A stretch of DNA of 64,000 nucleotides from Phycisphaerae bacterium (GCA_029260035.1 JAJDEA010000079.1:4803-68802); one strand, 5' to 3'; numbered from the stretch's first letter, positions 38,755-49,623 are shown. The notes: generated by a model from the letters alone, not told the origin. Program-made: numbers and translations.

Positions 38755-40268
38755 CCTGGCTATGTCGCATACCGCTGCTTGTAGGCCTGGCACTTGTGCC
38801 GCCGGGCCTTGCCGACGAATCGCCCTCGATGCGCACTGGGTCGAAGGCGTTCACGGAATCCCTGATCCTTGCGGAGATTGTCGCCCACCTGGCGGATAAC
38901 GAAGGACTTGAAGTGGAGCACGTTAATGGGCTGGGTGGCACGCGGTTGCTTTGGGAGGCGCTTTTGGCGGGCCAGATCGACATCTACCCTGAGTACACCG
39001 GCACAATGACCGAAGAGATCTTCGCCGGACAGGGCATTCACGGCATCGCGGCACTCCGCACGAAGCTCGCCGAGTACGGTCTCAAGATGACCGATCCGAT
39101 CGGCGTCAACAACACATATGTCATCGGCATGAAAGAGGAGCTTGCAGCCAGGCTCAGCATCCGCACAATAAGCGACCTGCGTGAACATCCCGATCTGACG
39201 CTACGATTCAGCAATGAATTCATGAAGCGTGCGGATGGCTGGGGCGCACTAGCGCAACGCTATCAACTGCCACACCGGGACGTCCGAGGGTTGGAGCACG
39301 CTCTGGCCTACGAGGCACTCGACAAGGGTGTGATTCAAGTCACCGATCTTTATGCGACCGACGCGAAGATTCGTAAGCTCCAATTGCGCCGGCTTCAAGA
39401 CAACCGCAATCATTTCCCGGAGTACCACGCAGTTTTTGTCTACCGCGCGGAGCTGGAGCAGCGGGCACCGGCTCTCGTTGCCGCACTCCACTCACTGGAG
39501 GCGGCCATCGACGACACGGCAATGACAAACATGAACGCGCGGGTCGAGCTCGTTGGCCTCAGCGAAAGCCAGGTTGCCGCGGATTTCCTCGCGGAGGCGC
39601 GCGGAATCCAGTCACGCGTTCGAGAACAGAGCGTCGTCCGCGACATCGCTCGCTATACGCTGGAGCATCTCCACATGGTGGCAGTCTCGCTCACAGCTGC
39701 CATGTTAATTGCGATACCGCTTGGCATCGTGGCAGCCCGCAAGGCCCGGTTCGCACAGCCGATCTTGGGCGTCGTGGGTATCATTCAGACGGTTCCCTCC
39801 ATCGCACTGCTGGTGCTTCTGATCCGGCCGATAAGCTACTTCTCCGACGACCTCGGCTATCCACAGGCGGTCGTAGCGCTCTTCCTCTACTCTCTCCTGC
39901 CAATCGTACGAAACACCTATACTGGTTTGCGCGGAATCTCCCCGCATTTGCATGAATCTGCTGTTGCTCTCGGCCTTCCACCGTGGGTCCGCCTGTGGCG
40001 CATCGAGCTGCCGCTCGCGTCGAGAATGATCCTGGCGGGGGTAAAAACGGCTACTGTGATGAACGTCGGCTTCGCGACGCTCGGCGGATTCATCGGCGCT
40101 GGAGGCTATGGTGAGCCGATTTTCGCCGGAATCCGCCTGAACGACTACGGTGTAATCCTCCAGGGTGCCGTGCCTGCGGCTGTGTTGGCGTTAATTGTAC
40201 AGGGTTTGTTCGAGGTGGCCGAGCGTGTTATAGTGCCTAAGGGATTGCGGCTGAAATCGGGCGCGTAG
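38751..40268 (+). CDS. Fused substrate-binding domain + permease of a quaternary-amine ABC transporter (OpuC/ProWX/EgtU-like family)
   Basis: N-terminal signal plus a type-I betaine-binding-like domain (KAFTESLILAEIVAHL...IDIYPEYTGT). C-terminal 5-6 TM permease with an EAA-like region. Confidence 0.8.
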   Translation: MTWLCRIPLLVGLALVPPGLADESPSMRTGSKAFTESLILAEIVAHLADNEGLEVEHVNGLGGTRLLWEALLAGQIDIYPEYTGTMTEEIFAGQGIHGIAALRTKLAEYGLKMTDPIGVNNTYVIGMKEELAARLSIRTISDLREHPDLTLRFSNEFMKRADGWGALAQRYQLPHRDVRGLEHALAYEALDKGVIQVTDLYATDAKIRKLQLRRLQDNRNHFPEYHAVFVYRAELEQRAPALVAALHSLEAAIDDTAMTNMNARVELVGLSESQVAADFLAEARGIQSRVREQSVVRDIARYTLEHLHMVAVSLTAAMLIAIPLGIVAARKARFAQPILGVVGIIQTVPSIALLVLLIRPISYFSDDLGYPQAVVALFLYSLLPIVRNTYTGLRGISPHLHESAVALGLPPWVRLWRIELPLASRMILAGVKTATVMNVGFATLGGFIGAGGYGEPIFAGIRLNDYGVILQGAVPAAVLALIVQGLFEVAERVIVPKGLRLKSGA

Positions 40269-40305
40269 TAAACCAAGGCCGTTCGCGCTTACCTGAACCG
40301 GATCA

Positions 40306-41283
40306 ATGACGATGCACAAAAGCCAAACCGATCTCTCGGTGCATGATTTTGCACCGAGCACGGAGACGATGAGGGACGACGTATTGAATGGCCTCTCTCG
40401 AAGCCCGAAAGAGCTGCCAAGCCAATACTTATACGACGAGCACGGAGCCAAGCTATTCGAGCAAATCTGCGAGACTGAAGATTACTACCTGACTCGCACC
40501 GAGCAAGGCATACTTCGCCACAACATGGACGCTATCGCGAAATCGGTCGGACCCGACGCACTCGTGATTGAGCCGGGCAGCGGGAGCGGCCTAAAAACCC
40601 GCATGTTGTTGAACGGCCTGGACAATCCTGTCGGTTACGTTCCGGTCGACGTAGCCAAAGATCAATTGGCGCGATTCGCAACGAACGTCGATCGCGAATT
40701 TCCGGAGCTCGAAGTCAAGCCGGTATGCGCAGATTTCACGGACGATTACGAAGTGCCCGCGTGTGACGATGCAGAACGCTCGCGGTTGTGTTATTTTCCG
40801 GGGTCTACGATTGGAAACTTCAAACCCAATGTGGCCATCGATGTGCTGAATCACCTTGCCGAGCTGTGCGACGACGACGGAGGTGTGTTGATCGGCGTGG
40901 ACCTGAAGAAAGATCGCGAAACACTCGAAGCCGCCTACGACGATTCGCAGAACGTCTCGCGCAAGTTTGCACTCAACTACCTCGCTCGGCTCAACCGCGA
41001 ACTGGACGCCGACTTTCAAATCGAGCAGTTTGACTACGAAGCGCCCTACAACGAATCTCTGGGTCGAATTGAAATGGCCCTGGTTAGTTCGCGCGACCAA
41101 GTTGTCGGTATCAACGGTTCGCACGTGCGGTTCAACGACGGTGAGCGAGTCCACACGGAGTACTCTTATAAGTACACGCTAGCCGGATTTGCCGCGCTTG
41201 CTGAGAAAGCCAACCTCAAAGTTGAACAGACGTGGACCGATTCCGAAGGGTTATTCAGCGTTCAATATCTAGAACCACGTTAG
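40306..41283 (+). CDS. egtD: L-histidine N-alpha-methyltransferase EgtD-like (hercynine synthase family)
   Basis: 325 aa. QYLYDEHGAKLFEQICETEDYYLTRTEQGIL and VIEPGSGSGLKT are characteristic of EgtD (Methyltransf_33). No EgtB-like gene nearby. Confidence 0.7.
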   Translation: MTMHKSQTDLSVHDFAPSTETMRDDVLNGLSRSPKELPSQYLYDEHGAKLFEQICETEDYYLTRTEQGILRHNMDAIAKSVGPDALVIEPGSGSGLKTRMLLNGLDNPVGYVPVDVAKDQLARFATNVDREFPELEVKPVCADFTDDYEVPACDDAERSRLCYFPGSTIGNFKPNVAIDVLNHLAELCDDDGGVLIGVDLKKDRETLEAAYDDSQNVSRKFALNYLARLNRELDADFQIEQFDYEAPYNESLGRIEMALVSSRDQVVGINGSHVRFNDGERVHTEYSYKYTLAGFAALAEKANLKVEQTWTDSEGLFSVQYLEPR

Positions 41284-41391
41284 TGTGTGCCTCTTCCCTA
41301 CATGTCTAGCGCAGCCTGAAAAGCGTTTTGGCTAATGTGCGTGCAGAGCCGACTCAGGTAATGGACGGCTTGGACATTAAGCGATGTCATC

Positions 41392-42183
41392 ATGAGTTCT
41401 ACTGAACGAACCATGTTGGAACGAACCATGACACGCATTCTAGTTGTCCTTTTTTCGGTACTTGTTCTTGGGGGAGCCGTCAGCCCATGCCCGGCGGAAT
41501 CTGCGCCATCGACCGGTGTCGCATTTGACCACAGTGCGTTTGACAAGATTCTTCGACAGGAAGTTCGCAACGAGTTAGTCGATTACTACGCGATCCGGGA
41601 CCGCCATGCGGCGAACCTCGATTCCTATCTGGACCAACTAGCCGAATTCAACCCGGACACGCTGTCGCGAAACGAGCAACTCGCCTTCTACTTAAACATG
41701 TACAATGCAACGATGATTCGCGCGATCGCCAAACGTTTCAGCAAGGGGTACAAGACATCGGAATGGGGTTACAAAATATTCAAGGAAAAGCTTGTACGCT
41801 TGAATGGCAAGTCAATCACGCTAGACGATGTTGAACACAAAATTGTTCGCCCTCGTTTCAAGGATCCGCGAATTCACGCAGCACTTGTGTGCGGTGCGCG
41901 GTCATGCCCGCCATTGCTTTCGAGAGCTTTTCGAGGAGACGATTTGGATACGGTCCTTGACGCCAACATGAAGCGATTTATTAATGACCCCAATCGAAAT
42001 CAAATCGATGTAGCGAATCGAAAGCTGAAATTATCAAAGATCTTCAAATGGTACAGTGAAGATTTTGGCGGCAAGGAAGGTCTGGCCAAGTATGTGGATC
42101 AGTATCACGACGCCGATGTGGCCGAATTCAACCTCAGCTATCTGCCCTACTCATGGGACTTGAACATTATCGAAAAGAGCTAA
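41392..42183 (+). CDS. DUF547-domain protein (secreted)
   Basis: Signal peptide. ...FYLNMYNATMIRAI...PRIHAALVCGARSCPPL is typical of DUF547. Confidence 0.55.
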   Translation: MSSTERTMLERTMTRILVVLFSVLVLGGAVSPCPAESAPSTGVAFDHSAFDKILRQEVRNELVDYYAIRDRHAANLDSYLDQLAEFNPDTLSRNEQLAFYLNMYNATMIRAIAKRFSKGYKTSEWGYKIFKEKLVRLNGKSITLDDVEHKIVRPRFKDPRIHAALVCGARSCPPLLSRAFRGDDLDTVLDANMKRFINDPNRNQIDVANRKLKLSKIFKWYSEDFGGKEGLAKYVDQYHDADVAEFNLSYLPYSWDLNIIEKS

Positions 42184-42309
42184 ATTCCGTGGTCCGCACG
42201 CGGTTCGATCCACAAACCGTTCAACCACCTTCCGCGAGCGAGCCATTGGTTATTGCAACTGGACCGACTTCCATGGCCCTGGTCGTTACATGCTCCAATC
42301 AAAAAACCG

Positions 42310-43032
42310 TCAGTTAAGTTCGCCAATTCGACCAGCAGAATCCGACTCAGTCATGGCATCCAACGCACGCCCGACATCCAAACTCCTGTGTTGTTCGTTG
42401 AGCGTATGGATGAAATCCTCAAACTCCCTCAGCCTTCTCTTGGCTAATTCCCGCACAAACTCGAACCGAAAACCGTCGCTCAGGCGAGCCGACCAGAATT
42501 GGTATTCCTTTCGTCGCTCCCAATTATCGATGAGGGCTTGAACGCCTTTCCCTTCCGCAGCGCCTTTCCGAATGAATGACCAAAGAGAGGTCAAACCGAA
42601 TTCCTCAAGGTTGTCAGCTTCCATTACGACCTGCGCCTCAATCGTGGCATCATTTCGTGTATCCAATTGCCGAATGGCGTCGGCTGCGAGTTTGACCGTC
42701 TCTCCCGGAATGATTCCGTTCAGCCCGGCTACCATCATCTGAACGCTTGTCTCCCGATGAGAAGCATCCAAAGGCCGAACCAACACATCGATCAACGCCT
42801 GTTCGCCGTTGCTCACGCGAGTAGCCCATGCAGCATCATGATAAAGGGAAGCAGCAAGAATTGCGGCGTTATCCGGCGATAGGTTTTCAATTTCCGAAGC
42901 GCTGGCGATCCCGAGGGCAGCTGTTGCGACGCGGAGGGTATGTTCCCATAGAAAAACATCCTCAACGCCGTGCTCATTCAGGATCACGAGGTCCTGTCGA
43001 GCGCGACCTATCATCGCATCCCGCTGCTTCAT
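42310..43032 (-). CDS. HD-domain phosphohydrolase-like protein
   Basis: H...HD pattern (WEHTLRVA...SLYHDAAW). Confidence 0.5.
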   Translation of the reverse strand: MKQRDAMIGRARQDLVILNEHGVEDVFLWEHTLRVATAALGIASASEIENLSPDNAAILAASLYHDAAWATRVSNGEQALIDVLVRPLDASHRETSVQMMVAGLNGIIPGETVKLAADAIRQLDTRNDATIEAQVVMEADNLEEFGLTSLWSFIRKGAAEGKGVQALIDNWERRKEYQFWSARLSDGFRFEFVRELAKRRLREFEDFIHTLNEQHRSLDVGRALDAMTESDSAGRIGELN

Positions 43033-43433
43033 TTATAAAGCCCGCTGTCGAGAATTGTCTCAATTTGAAGAGATGGGCCATCTCTGGTGCCTACCAGCGA
43101 TTCACTGGCACTACGCAACTGACCGCTGCAGGGTACTTCCCCTCCCCTGCTCAACCAGTTCCCGTTGAACACTCTTCGCAAAATCGACAACCCGACAATA
43201 CCGATCCGCCCAGATGGCACAGCTCCGGCAACTGCGCCTTCATACTCAGTTACCTATCGAACAGCTTAACAACGTTGAAATGACTCGCTGTCCCAAACAC
43301 GCAGTTCGATTGTAAAAAATTAGCCGACACAAAGCCACAAAAAAATCGGACAACCCTCAAAATTGAGAAACGAAAGTCGCCGTACACTTTATTTCTGCAA
43401 AGCGAGAGTTGAATTCCCCGATTTTCCCGACGA

Positions 43434-44579
43434 CTATTCAAGAACTTCGTAATAGCAATTACGTTTTTTCGCCGCCCAGCCTGCATCCTCAATCGCGCTG
43501 CGGATTTCCTGCTCGGTAAGCTGAAAAGTTGTTCCCGCCGCAGAAACGACGTTTTCCTCCATCATCACCGAACCCATATCATTCGCACCATAGAAGAGAG
43601 CCAGCTGGCCAATCTTGACACCCTGAGTCACCCAGCTTGACTGAATGTTCACAATGTTGTCCAGATATATGCGTGCAAGGGCCGTCATTTTCAGATACTC
43701 ATTCGCATCCGCAAGAACAAGGTGTTCGCCATCCGGAGGCCCGGCGTAGTCTGGCGCAAACTGACCAACTCTTCCCAAGGGCGTATCTCCAGGCTGAAAT
43801 GTCCAGCTTATGTAGGCGGTGAATCCGCCTGTTTCATCCTGCAAATCACGAATTCGACAAAGATGTTCAATCCGATCTTCGATCGTTTCAACATGGCCGA
43901 ACATCATCGTAATGCTCGTTTTCATGCCGATCTTGTGCGCTTCCCTCATCACATGGAGATACTCATCAGCTGTCGTCTTGCCCTGTGCGATTTTTTTCCG
44001 GACACGATCGACAAGGATTTCCGCCCCGCCGCCGGGAATCGTATCAAGTCCCGCCTCCTGCAAACGAAGCAGGATATCCCGAATACTCATACCGAATTCC
44101 AGTTGGAACGCATGAATCTCCGGCGGACTGAAAGCATGGATGTGGATGCCGGGGAAATTCTTCTTAATGAATCTCAAGAGGTCAAGGTACCACTCAAACG
44201 GAATCAACTCCGCCGGAACCAACCCGCCTTGCATGAGCACTTGCGTTCCACCGATCGCCTTAAGCTCTTCAATCTTCTGCCCGATTTCGTCCAATGTCAG
44301 CACATAGCCGGAAGGCAAATCCTTCCTGCCTGAATTCATACCAGGTGGGTCAGCCTTGAAATTGCAGAATATACACTTGGCCGTGCAGTAGTTCGCGTAA
44401 TTGATATTGCGGTCCACTACATAGGTTCGATATGGCTCTGGGTGCAGACGCGTTGTCACCAAGTGGGCTTGCTTGCCCAGCTCGTGAATTGAACACTCTC
44501 TATACATGCTCAAGGCGTCAGCATTGCTAAGGCGTCTGCTGCCCAGCTTGCCCGAATTGTTGGCAGGCGCAATCGTCAT
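43434..44579 (-). CDS. Futalosine-pathway radical-SAM enzyme (MqnE/MqnC family)
   Basis: CTAKCIFCNF (CxxxCxxC). CofH/MqnC/MqnE-like length (381 aa). 4-bp overlap with the upstream mqnA/mqnD-like gene. Confidence 0.7.
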   Translation of the reverse strand: MTIAPANNSGKLGSRRLSNADALSMYRECSIHELGKQAHLVTTRLHPEPYRTYVVDRNINYANYCTAKCIFCNFKADPPGMNSGRKDLPSGYVLTLDEIGQKIEELKAIGGTQVLMQGGLVPAELIPFEWYLDLLRFIKKNFPGIHIHAFSPPEIHAFQLEFGMSIRDILLRLQEAGLDTIPGGGAEILVDRVRKKIAQGKTTADEYLHVMREAHKIGMKTSITMMFGHVETIEDRIEHLCRIRDLQDETGGFTAYISWTFQPGDTPLGRVGQFAPDYAGPPDGEHLVLADANEYLKMTALARIYLDNIVNIQSSWVTQGVKIGQLALFYGANDMGSVMMEENVVSAAGTTFQLTEQEIRSAIEDAGWAAKKRNCYYEVLE

Positions 44580-45376
44580 GCGAAGATCAACTCCTTATTG
44601 ACTGTCACGATGTCATGTTTGCGCGCCAAGTCGAGGAACATGCCCAGTCCTTGCCGCTGCCTGTCACCCAAGAAAAACTTGAGTCGTGTCGTTAGATATC
44701 GAGTGGCTAAGGTAACGGGCCAGCCCATGCCGGGACCAAAATCGGCAGCGATCATCCTGGCAGTCTTCACACCCAGGTCGCGAGCGGCTGACAATCGAGG
44801 CGCAAGATCGGAAACATCCAGGCTCCGATTGGAAGCCCAAACAGCAAAGACAAATGGAAGCGACGTCAGAGATTTCCAAGCCGACCCAAGGTCTGTCTCA
44901 ATTTCAAATCCTGTAGGTCTATTGGTCACCACTTTGTCGCCAATCAAGAGAACAGCCTCACAGTCGTTCAGATTCTCGACCTGGCTTGCAGGAAGTATGT
45001 TCAAATCACGTCCGTACACCTCATGCCAAATGATCCGCGCTAGCGCAACAGATGTGTGCGAGTCGCCGTCCACATGGAGTGTTTGAATGTGCTCCGGTGC
45101 AACGCGAGAGAAAACGCGTACAGTGAACGTCTCCCCGTCGCACCCTATGCACGCATCCGAAACGATTTGCCAATCTCGCCCCTCGCACGCCAAGTCGATC
45201 ACGGGGACAAGCGCAGCTTCGACCGTCTGCTGATCGAGCAACGCCGGCAATCGAGCCGGAACATCATAAAACAACGAGACATCAGTCTGAACGTCCAAAC
45301 CCGCCGTCAGCGGCTTGGCGTTCAGAAAGGAAACCGCCCCAAGGCGCCATGCAGGCATTGTAAGATTCTCAATCAA
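44576..45376 (-). CDS. MqnA/MqnD-family menaquinone (futalosine pathway) biosynthesis protein
   Basis: 266 aa. LGAVSFLNAKPL is an N-terminal motif typical of the MqnA/MqnD (VitK2_biosynth) fold. Confidence 0.55.
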   Translation of the reverse strand: MIENLTMPAWRLGAVSFLNAKPLTAGLDVQTDVSLFYDVPARLPALLDQQTVEAALVPVIDLACEGRDWQIVSDACIGCDGETFTVRVFSRVAPEHIQTLHVDGDSHTSVALARIIWHEVYGRDLNILPASQVENLNDCEAVLLIGDKVVTNRPTGFEIETDLGSAWKSLTSLPFVFAVWASNRSLDVSDLAPRLSAARDLGVKTARMIAADFGPGMGWPVTLATRYLTTRLKFFLGDRQRQGLGMFLDLARKHDIVTVNKELIFA

Positions 45377-45614
45377 GTGTCCGACCTATCAAATCCCAGT
45401 CATATTGAACAGTTGGCCAGCCCTTCACAAAATCTCCAAGTGATGAGACGAGACCGGCCATGCAAACACAAGCCCGGATTATATCTTGGCCTCCCCAATC
45501 CACAACGAAACGGGCTTAGTCCTGCGACCGTTTCAATATTTTTGACAGATCGCATGGCTTCAAGGACTATGCGCTCTCGTTGACGGACCAATTCGGCTCA
45601 GACAAGGAGGGAGA

Positions 45615-46226
45615 ATGCCAGTTTCCATCGTCAGGTTCTTAATTCTCGGGCTGTTTTCTTCCTTGGTGTGCTCTGGATGCACCAAACACGAAAACCGCTT
45701 CCACATTCACGACGTCCAGGGGGTCGATCAAAACCAACGATTTGAGGAGATTTTCCCGGAAGCATATTACGATGTAGACGACCAGGGACAGTTCGACATC
45801 GTGCTGCGTCGAATTGAATCTGCAAACGACAACCCAAACGAGAAGATCGTGCAAACGCTTCATCTTCGATCCGTTTGGCGTTCGATACCCGGCCGGACGA
45901 CCGCCGAATCGAGTCAAATCAACGGCACTGTCACCTACGCGATCGTCAAAGGAAGGATTGGGGCAACATTCGAAGGCGCCGGGTCGCTTTTCTTCGACCA
46001 CGACATTAATGACGGCGAGCTTAATGGATCACTCGAATCAGCCATGCTCGAACCAACTCGGCTGTTATCGACAGGGTCTGATTTCTTCAAACGCCCAAAA
46101 CTCACCGGCAACTTTGAAGCAACAAAGAATCGTCGCAAGACAACTCGTATCATCAATGATATGAACCGCCTCTTCAAGACGCGCGGAACAAGTTATGTTT
46201 CGTACCCACCGTCACCCGGCAGTTGA
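45615..46226 (+). CDS. Hypothetical lipoprotein
   Basis: Signal peptide with lipobox (LVCSGC). Confidence 0.45.
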   Translation: MPVSIVRFLILGLFSSLVCSGCTKHENRFHIHDVQGVDQNQRFEEIFPEAYYDVDDQGQFDIVLRRIESANDNPNEKIVQTLHLRSVWRSIPGRTTAESSQINGTVTYAIVKGRIGATFEGAGSLFFDHDINDGELNGSLESAMLEPTRLLSTGSDFFKRPKLTGNFEATKNRRKTTRIINDMNRLFKTRGTSYVSYPPSPGS

Positions 46227-46234
46227 ATCTTGCT

Positions 46235-47977
46235 CTAAGACGCTTTGGAAAACACGATCATGTCATCGTCCCGACTCTCACGCCTTCTGAATGCACGAAT
46301 CCCCTCAACGACAATACCAAGTCCGACAACCAATAGCGTGAGACCAACCGCAAGCAAGAGATACTGTTTCGCTTGATAAAAACCGACGAGCTTCACCAGA
46401 AGCCCAACGAGCGTGCTGAGGAGCATGAAAACGGCTGGCACGCCGGTAAAAAAAGGATTCCTTCCACGCTGAACCAGATACAACGTCGCCACCAGCAAGG
46501 TGAGTCCCGCCAGTAATTGGTTCGTAATTCCAAATAATGTCCACAGCGCAAGTCCTGCGGATTTCCCGTCGATCTTGTAGAACGCGAAGAAACAAATTGC
46601 TGACACAGCCAAGGCTGTCGCAACATAGCGGTTGCCGAGCAGCTTGACGCGGATCGATTCACCGATCTCCGATACATTGAAGCGAAGCAGTCTCGTAGCA
46701 GAGTCCAACGTCGTAAGCGCGAAGGACACAACAACCACAGCGATAAACGAAGATGCCAGGCTCTTGTCTACACCTAGTGCTTCGATGAATCGACTACTCC
46801 CGCCGATGAACGCGCCCAATTTGCTCGCAAGGCCAGCTTGAATCGTAGCCCAATCGCGGTAGGCGTTGTGCCACTCGCTGGGATTTTCAAATCCAGCGGT
46901 GCATGCAAGAACCGCGATCAATCCGAGCAGCGATTCCCCTATCATGCCGCCGTAAGCAACAAACCGAGCGTCTGTTTCTTTGGCGATTTGTTTTGCTGTC
47001 GTACCAGACGACACGAGTGCGTGAAAACCACTGGCCGCACCGCACGCGACGACAATAAACACAAATGGGAAAAGTGGCGGCGCCCCCTCAGGATGCAGAT
47101 TAACAGCGGGAGCCGAGAATGTTGGCCCCAATATGAAAAACCCCAGATACGTTGCACCCAGGCCAAGGTAAAGCAAGAGCGAATTGAGGAAGTCTCTCGC
47201 CTGCAGCAAACTCCACACGGGCAAGACAGATGCAACGAACGCATAGGCCAGGAGTATCCAGGTCCACCCCGTTCGCGTTGGCCAACTCTCCACGTCTATT
47301 CCCATTGTCGGATACCGCGTACCCAGCCAAACTGATGCGAGCATCAAGACGAATCCTACGACTGTCGTCTTGCCGAGTGGAAAACATCGCTTGTAGAGCA
47401 GGTACCCCATCGCCATCGCTAGGATCATCAAGAACCCGGAAGGCAGAACAGCCGAAGGAAATGACGTCGTCGCGGCAGCCAGATTCTTGACGTCGAAATC
47501 CTCACCAATCGTAAACAGAACGGAGATGATGAACACGAAAACGCCCATTGCGAGGGAGACCCCGAAAAAAATGAGCGCCAGAAACAGTGCTTTCGCCCGC
47601 GTTCCGATCACCCCCTCAGCGACCTTGCCAATCGACAAACCCCTGGCCCGCATCGATAAAACAAGCGCGCTAAAATCGTGAACACACCCTACCAACACCG
47701 CTCCGAAAACAACCCAAAGCATAGCTGGCAGCCAACCCCATATGACCGCAACGGCGGGACCGAGCATGGGAGCCAGCCCGGTTATCGATGCGTAATGATG
47801 GCCGAAAAGCACAAACCGGTTCGTCGGGATGTAGTCGATGTCATCACGTTCGGTGTGCGCAGGCGTCTTCCTGTCAGCACTCAGTCGAAAAACGCGCCCA
47901 GCCAATAAGCGCGCGTAGAAGCGATAGCCTAAGAAGTAGAGGACGAGACATCCGCCAGCCGCGATCAGGGGATTCAT
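46235..47977 (-). CDS. cstA: Carbon starvation protein CstA (peptide/pyruvate transporter family)
   Basis: 580 aa polytopic protein. N-terminus MNPLIAAGGCLVLYFLGYRFYARLLAGRVF...FGHHYASITGLAPMLGP is typical of CstA. Confidence 0.85.
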   Translation of the reverse strand: MNPLIAAGGCLVLYFLGYRFYARLLAGRVFRLSADRKTPAHTERDDIDYIPTNRFVLFGHHYASITGLAPMLGPAVAVIWGWLPAMLWVVFGAVLVGCVHDFSALVLSMRARGLSIGKVAEGVIGTRAKALFLALIFFGVSLAMGVFVFIISVLFTIGEDFDVKNLAAATTSFPSAVLPSGFLMILAMAMGYLLYKRCFPLGKTTVVGFVLMLASVWLGTRYPTMGIDVESWPTRTGWTWILLAYAFVASVLPVWSLLQARDFLNSLLLYLGLGATYLGFFILGPTFSAPAVNLHPEGAPPLFPFVFIVVACGAASGFHALVSSGTTAKQIAKETDARFVAYGGMIGESLLGLIAVLACTAGFENPSEWHNAYRDWATIQAGLASKLGAFIGGSSRFIEALGVDKSLASSFIAVVVVSFALTTLDSATRLLRFNVSEIGESIRVKLLGNRYVATALAVSAICFFAFYKIDGKSAGLALWTLFGITNQLLAGLTLLVATLYLVQRGRNPFFTGVPAVFMLLSTLVGLLVKLVGFYQAKQYLLLAVGLTLLVVGLGIVVEGIRAFRRRESRDDDMIVFSKAS

Positions 47978-48167
47978 ACCGGGCTATTCTATCGCCACGA
48001 ACGACCAAGTGTAGCGACCGATAGTGAATACATGCGCGAAACAAGGTTGCTATCGAACGCAGCGATTATTCAGCCATTCAGATTCTTGACTCCGTTCAAA
48101 ACTGGATAAACGGCGTGGCAACAATTACACTGGTCACCGGGCGGAAAACTGAAAGAAAGGCTAGGAA

Positions 48168-48734
48168 ATGGGCAAATCACCGGAAGAAATGGCAGCTGCG
48201 ATGGTTCGAAACCTGAAAGAAAAGACAGGCAAGACCTTGGCTCAGTGGCTCAAAATCGCTAACGGCAGCAAGTTCACGAAGCACGGCGAGCTTATCAAGT
48301 TTCTGAAATCTGATCACGGGATGTCGCATGGGTATGCTAACTTGATCGCCCATGAGACTTTGCAAGCCAAGAGCGGAGGCCCATCAAGTGACACTCAGCT
48401 CATCGATCAGCAATACGCTGGTGGCAAAGCGCAGCTGCGCCCTATCTTCGACGCGCTGATCGGAGCCGTTGAAAAACTTGGAACGGACGTTGTGATATCG
48501 CCGAAGAAGACCTACGTCAGCTTGCGTCGAAACAAACAGTTTGCGCTCATCCAGCCCTCTACCAAAACACGCGTTGATGTGGGCATCAACTTGAAAGACA
48601 CTGCTCCAACAAGCCGTCTAGAGGCATCCGGGAGTTTTAACAGCATGGTCAGCCACCGGGTTCGCATTACTGACAAGTCGGAGGTCGATAAGGAAATAAT
48701 CAGTTGGCTCAAAGCCGCTCACAAGTCAGCATGA
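48168..48734 (+). CDS. DUF4287/DUF5655-type protein
   Basis: N-terminus LKEKTGKTLAQWLKIANGSKFTKHGELIKFLKSDHGMSHGYANLIA matches DUF4287. Confidence 0.55.
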   Translation: MGKSPEEMAAAMVRNLKEKTGKTLAQWLKIANGSKFTKHGELIKFLKSDHGMSHGYANLIAHETLQAKSGGPSSDTQLIDQQYAGGKAQLRPIFDALIGAVEKLGTDVVISPKKTYVSLRRNKQFALIQPSTKTRVDVGINLKDTAPTSRLEASGSFNSMVSHRVRITDKSEVDKEIISWLKAAHKSA

Positions 48735-48831
48735 GAATAGTACGCATTGCGATTTTCGCTTGATTCGAGAGTGTTTAGACAGTCTGAAATGACGGCTGAC
48801 GAAGAATCTTATTGCTTCGGCTCCCCCGCGA

Positions 48832-49458
48832 TTAATTCGGCTTGAAAAGGCCACAGATGGCCATTCCCTCCGCCCAATCCACCGACCACTTCATCCCGAA
48901 TGAGGAGAAATGGGCCTCGTAATCGTCAAGCGTGTTTTGCCAGACACAACCCTCTTCGCGTGCGCCCGAGAGGTCCGTCACGATGAGCATGGCAAACATG
49001 CCGCCGGGCTTGAGGTAGCGCAAGAGTGTACGGGTCGCTTCATGGGCTTCGTAACTTGCCAGGTCATAGTGGTAGAAGCTAAAGCCCCTTGCAACAACAA
49101 CATCGAATGAATTATCCGGGAATGGGACATCTCTGAAATCGCAGTGGTGAAAGGCACGTCTTGGGTATCGTTTCCTAGCGCACTCGATACCAGATTCAGA
49201 GCGATCAATACCAACGCAGTGAAAACCCATCCTGTTGAAAAGGTTGGTGTGGAAGCCGGTTCCGCAGGCAATCTCCAACATTCTCGCCCCGCGTGCGATC
49301 CGAAAATGCTTCACAAGATGCTTGCGATGCCACAGGTACTCTCGCCATCGCGAATACTCCCAGCCGCCGTCGGCGTAGTGCTTGTCGTAGAAAGCATCCC
49401 CCTTCTCCTGGTCAACGATGTTTGATTTTTGCATGACAGCAGTTGTCATCACAAGCAC
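48832..49458 (-). CDS. Class I SAM-dependent methyltransferase
   Basis: MLEIACGTGFHT; LKPGGMFAM. Confidence 0.65.
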   Translation of the reverse strand: MLVMTTAVMQKSNIVDQEKGDAFYDKHYADGGWEYSRWREYLWHRKHLVKHFRIARGARMLEIACGTGFHTNLFNRMGFHCVGIDRSESGIECARKRYPRRAFHHCDFRDVPFPDNSFDVVVARGFSFYHYDLASYEAHEATRTLLRYLKPGGMFAMLIVTDLSGAREEGCVWQNTLDDYEAHFSSFGMKWSVDWAEGMAICGLFKPN

Positions 49459-49623
49459 CTGGCAAACCTAGATAAACGAGAGACGTACAAAGCACCGAAT
49501 GATTATCGGCGGTTCCGGCAAGTGAAATGAGTATGTACCCGGGCCTCGACCGATCCTCAGGCACTGCCAAGGAACCGAGCCAAAGTGCGTTTTTCACACT
49601 GTCAATGCAGTTTCAGTCGATGG

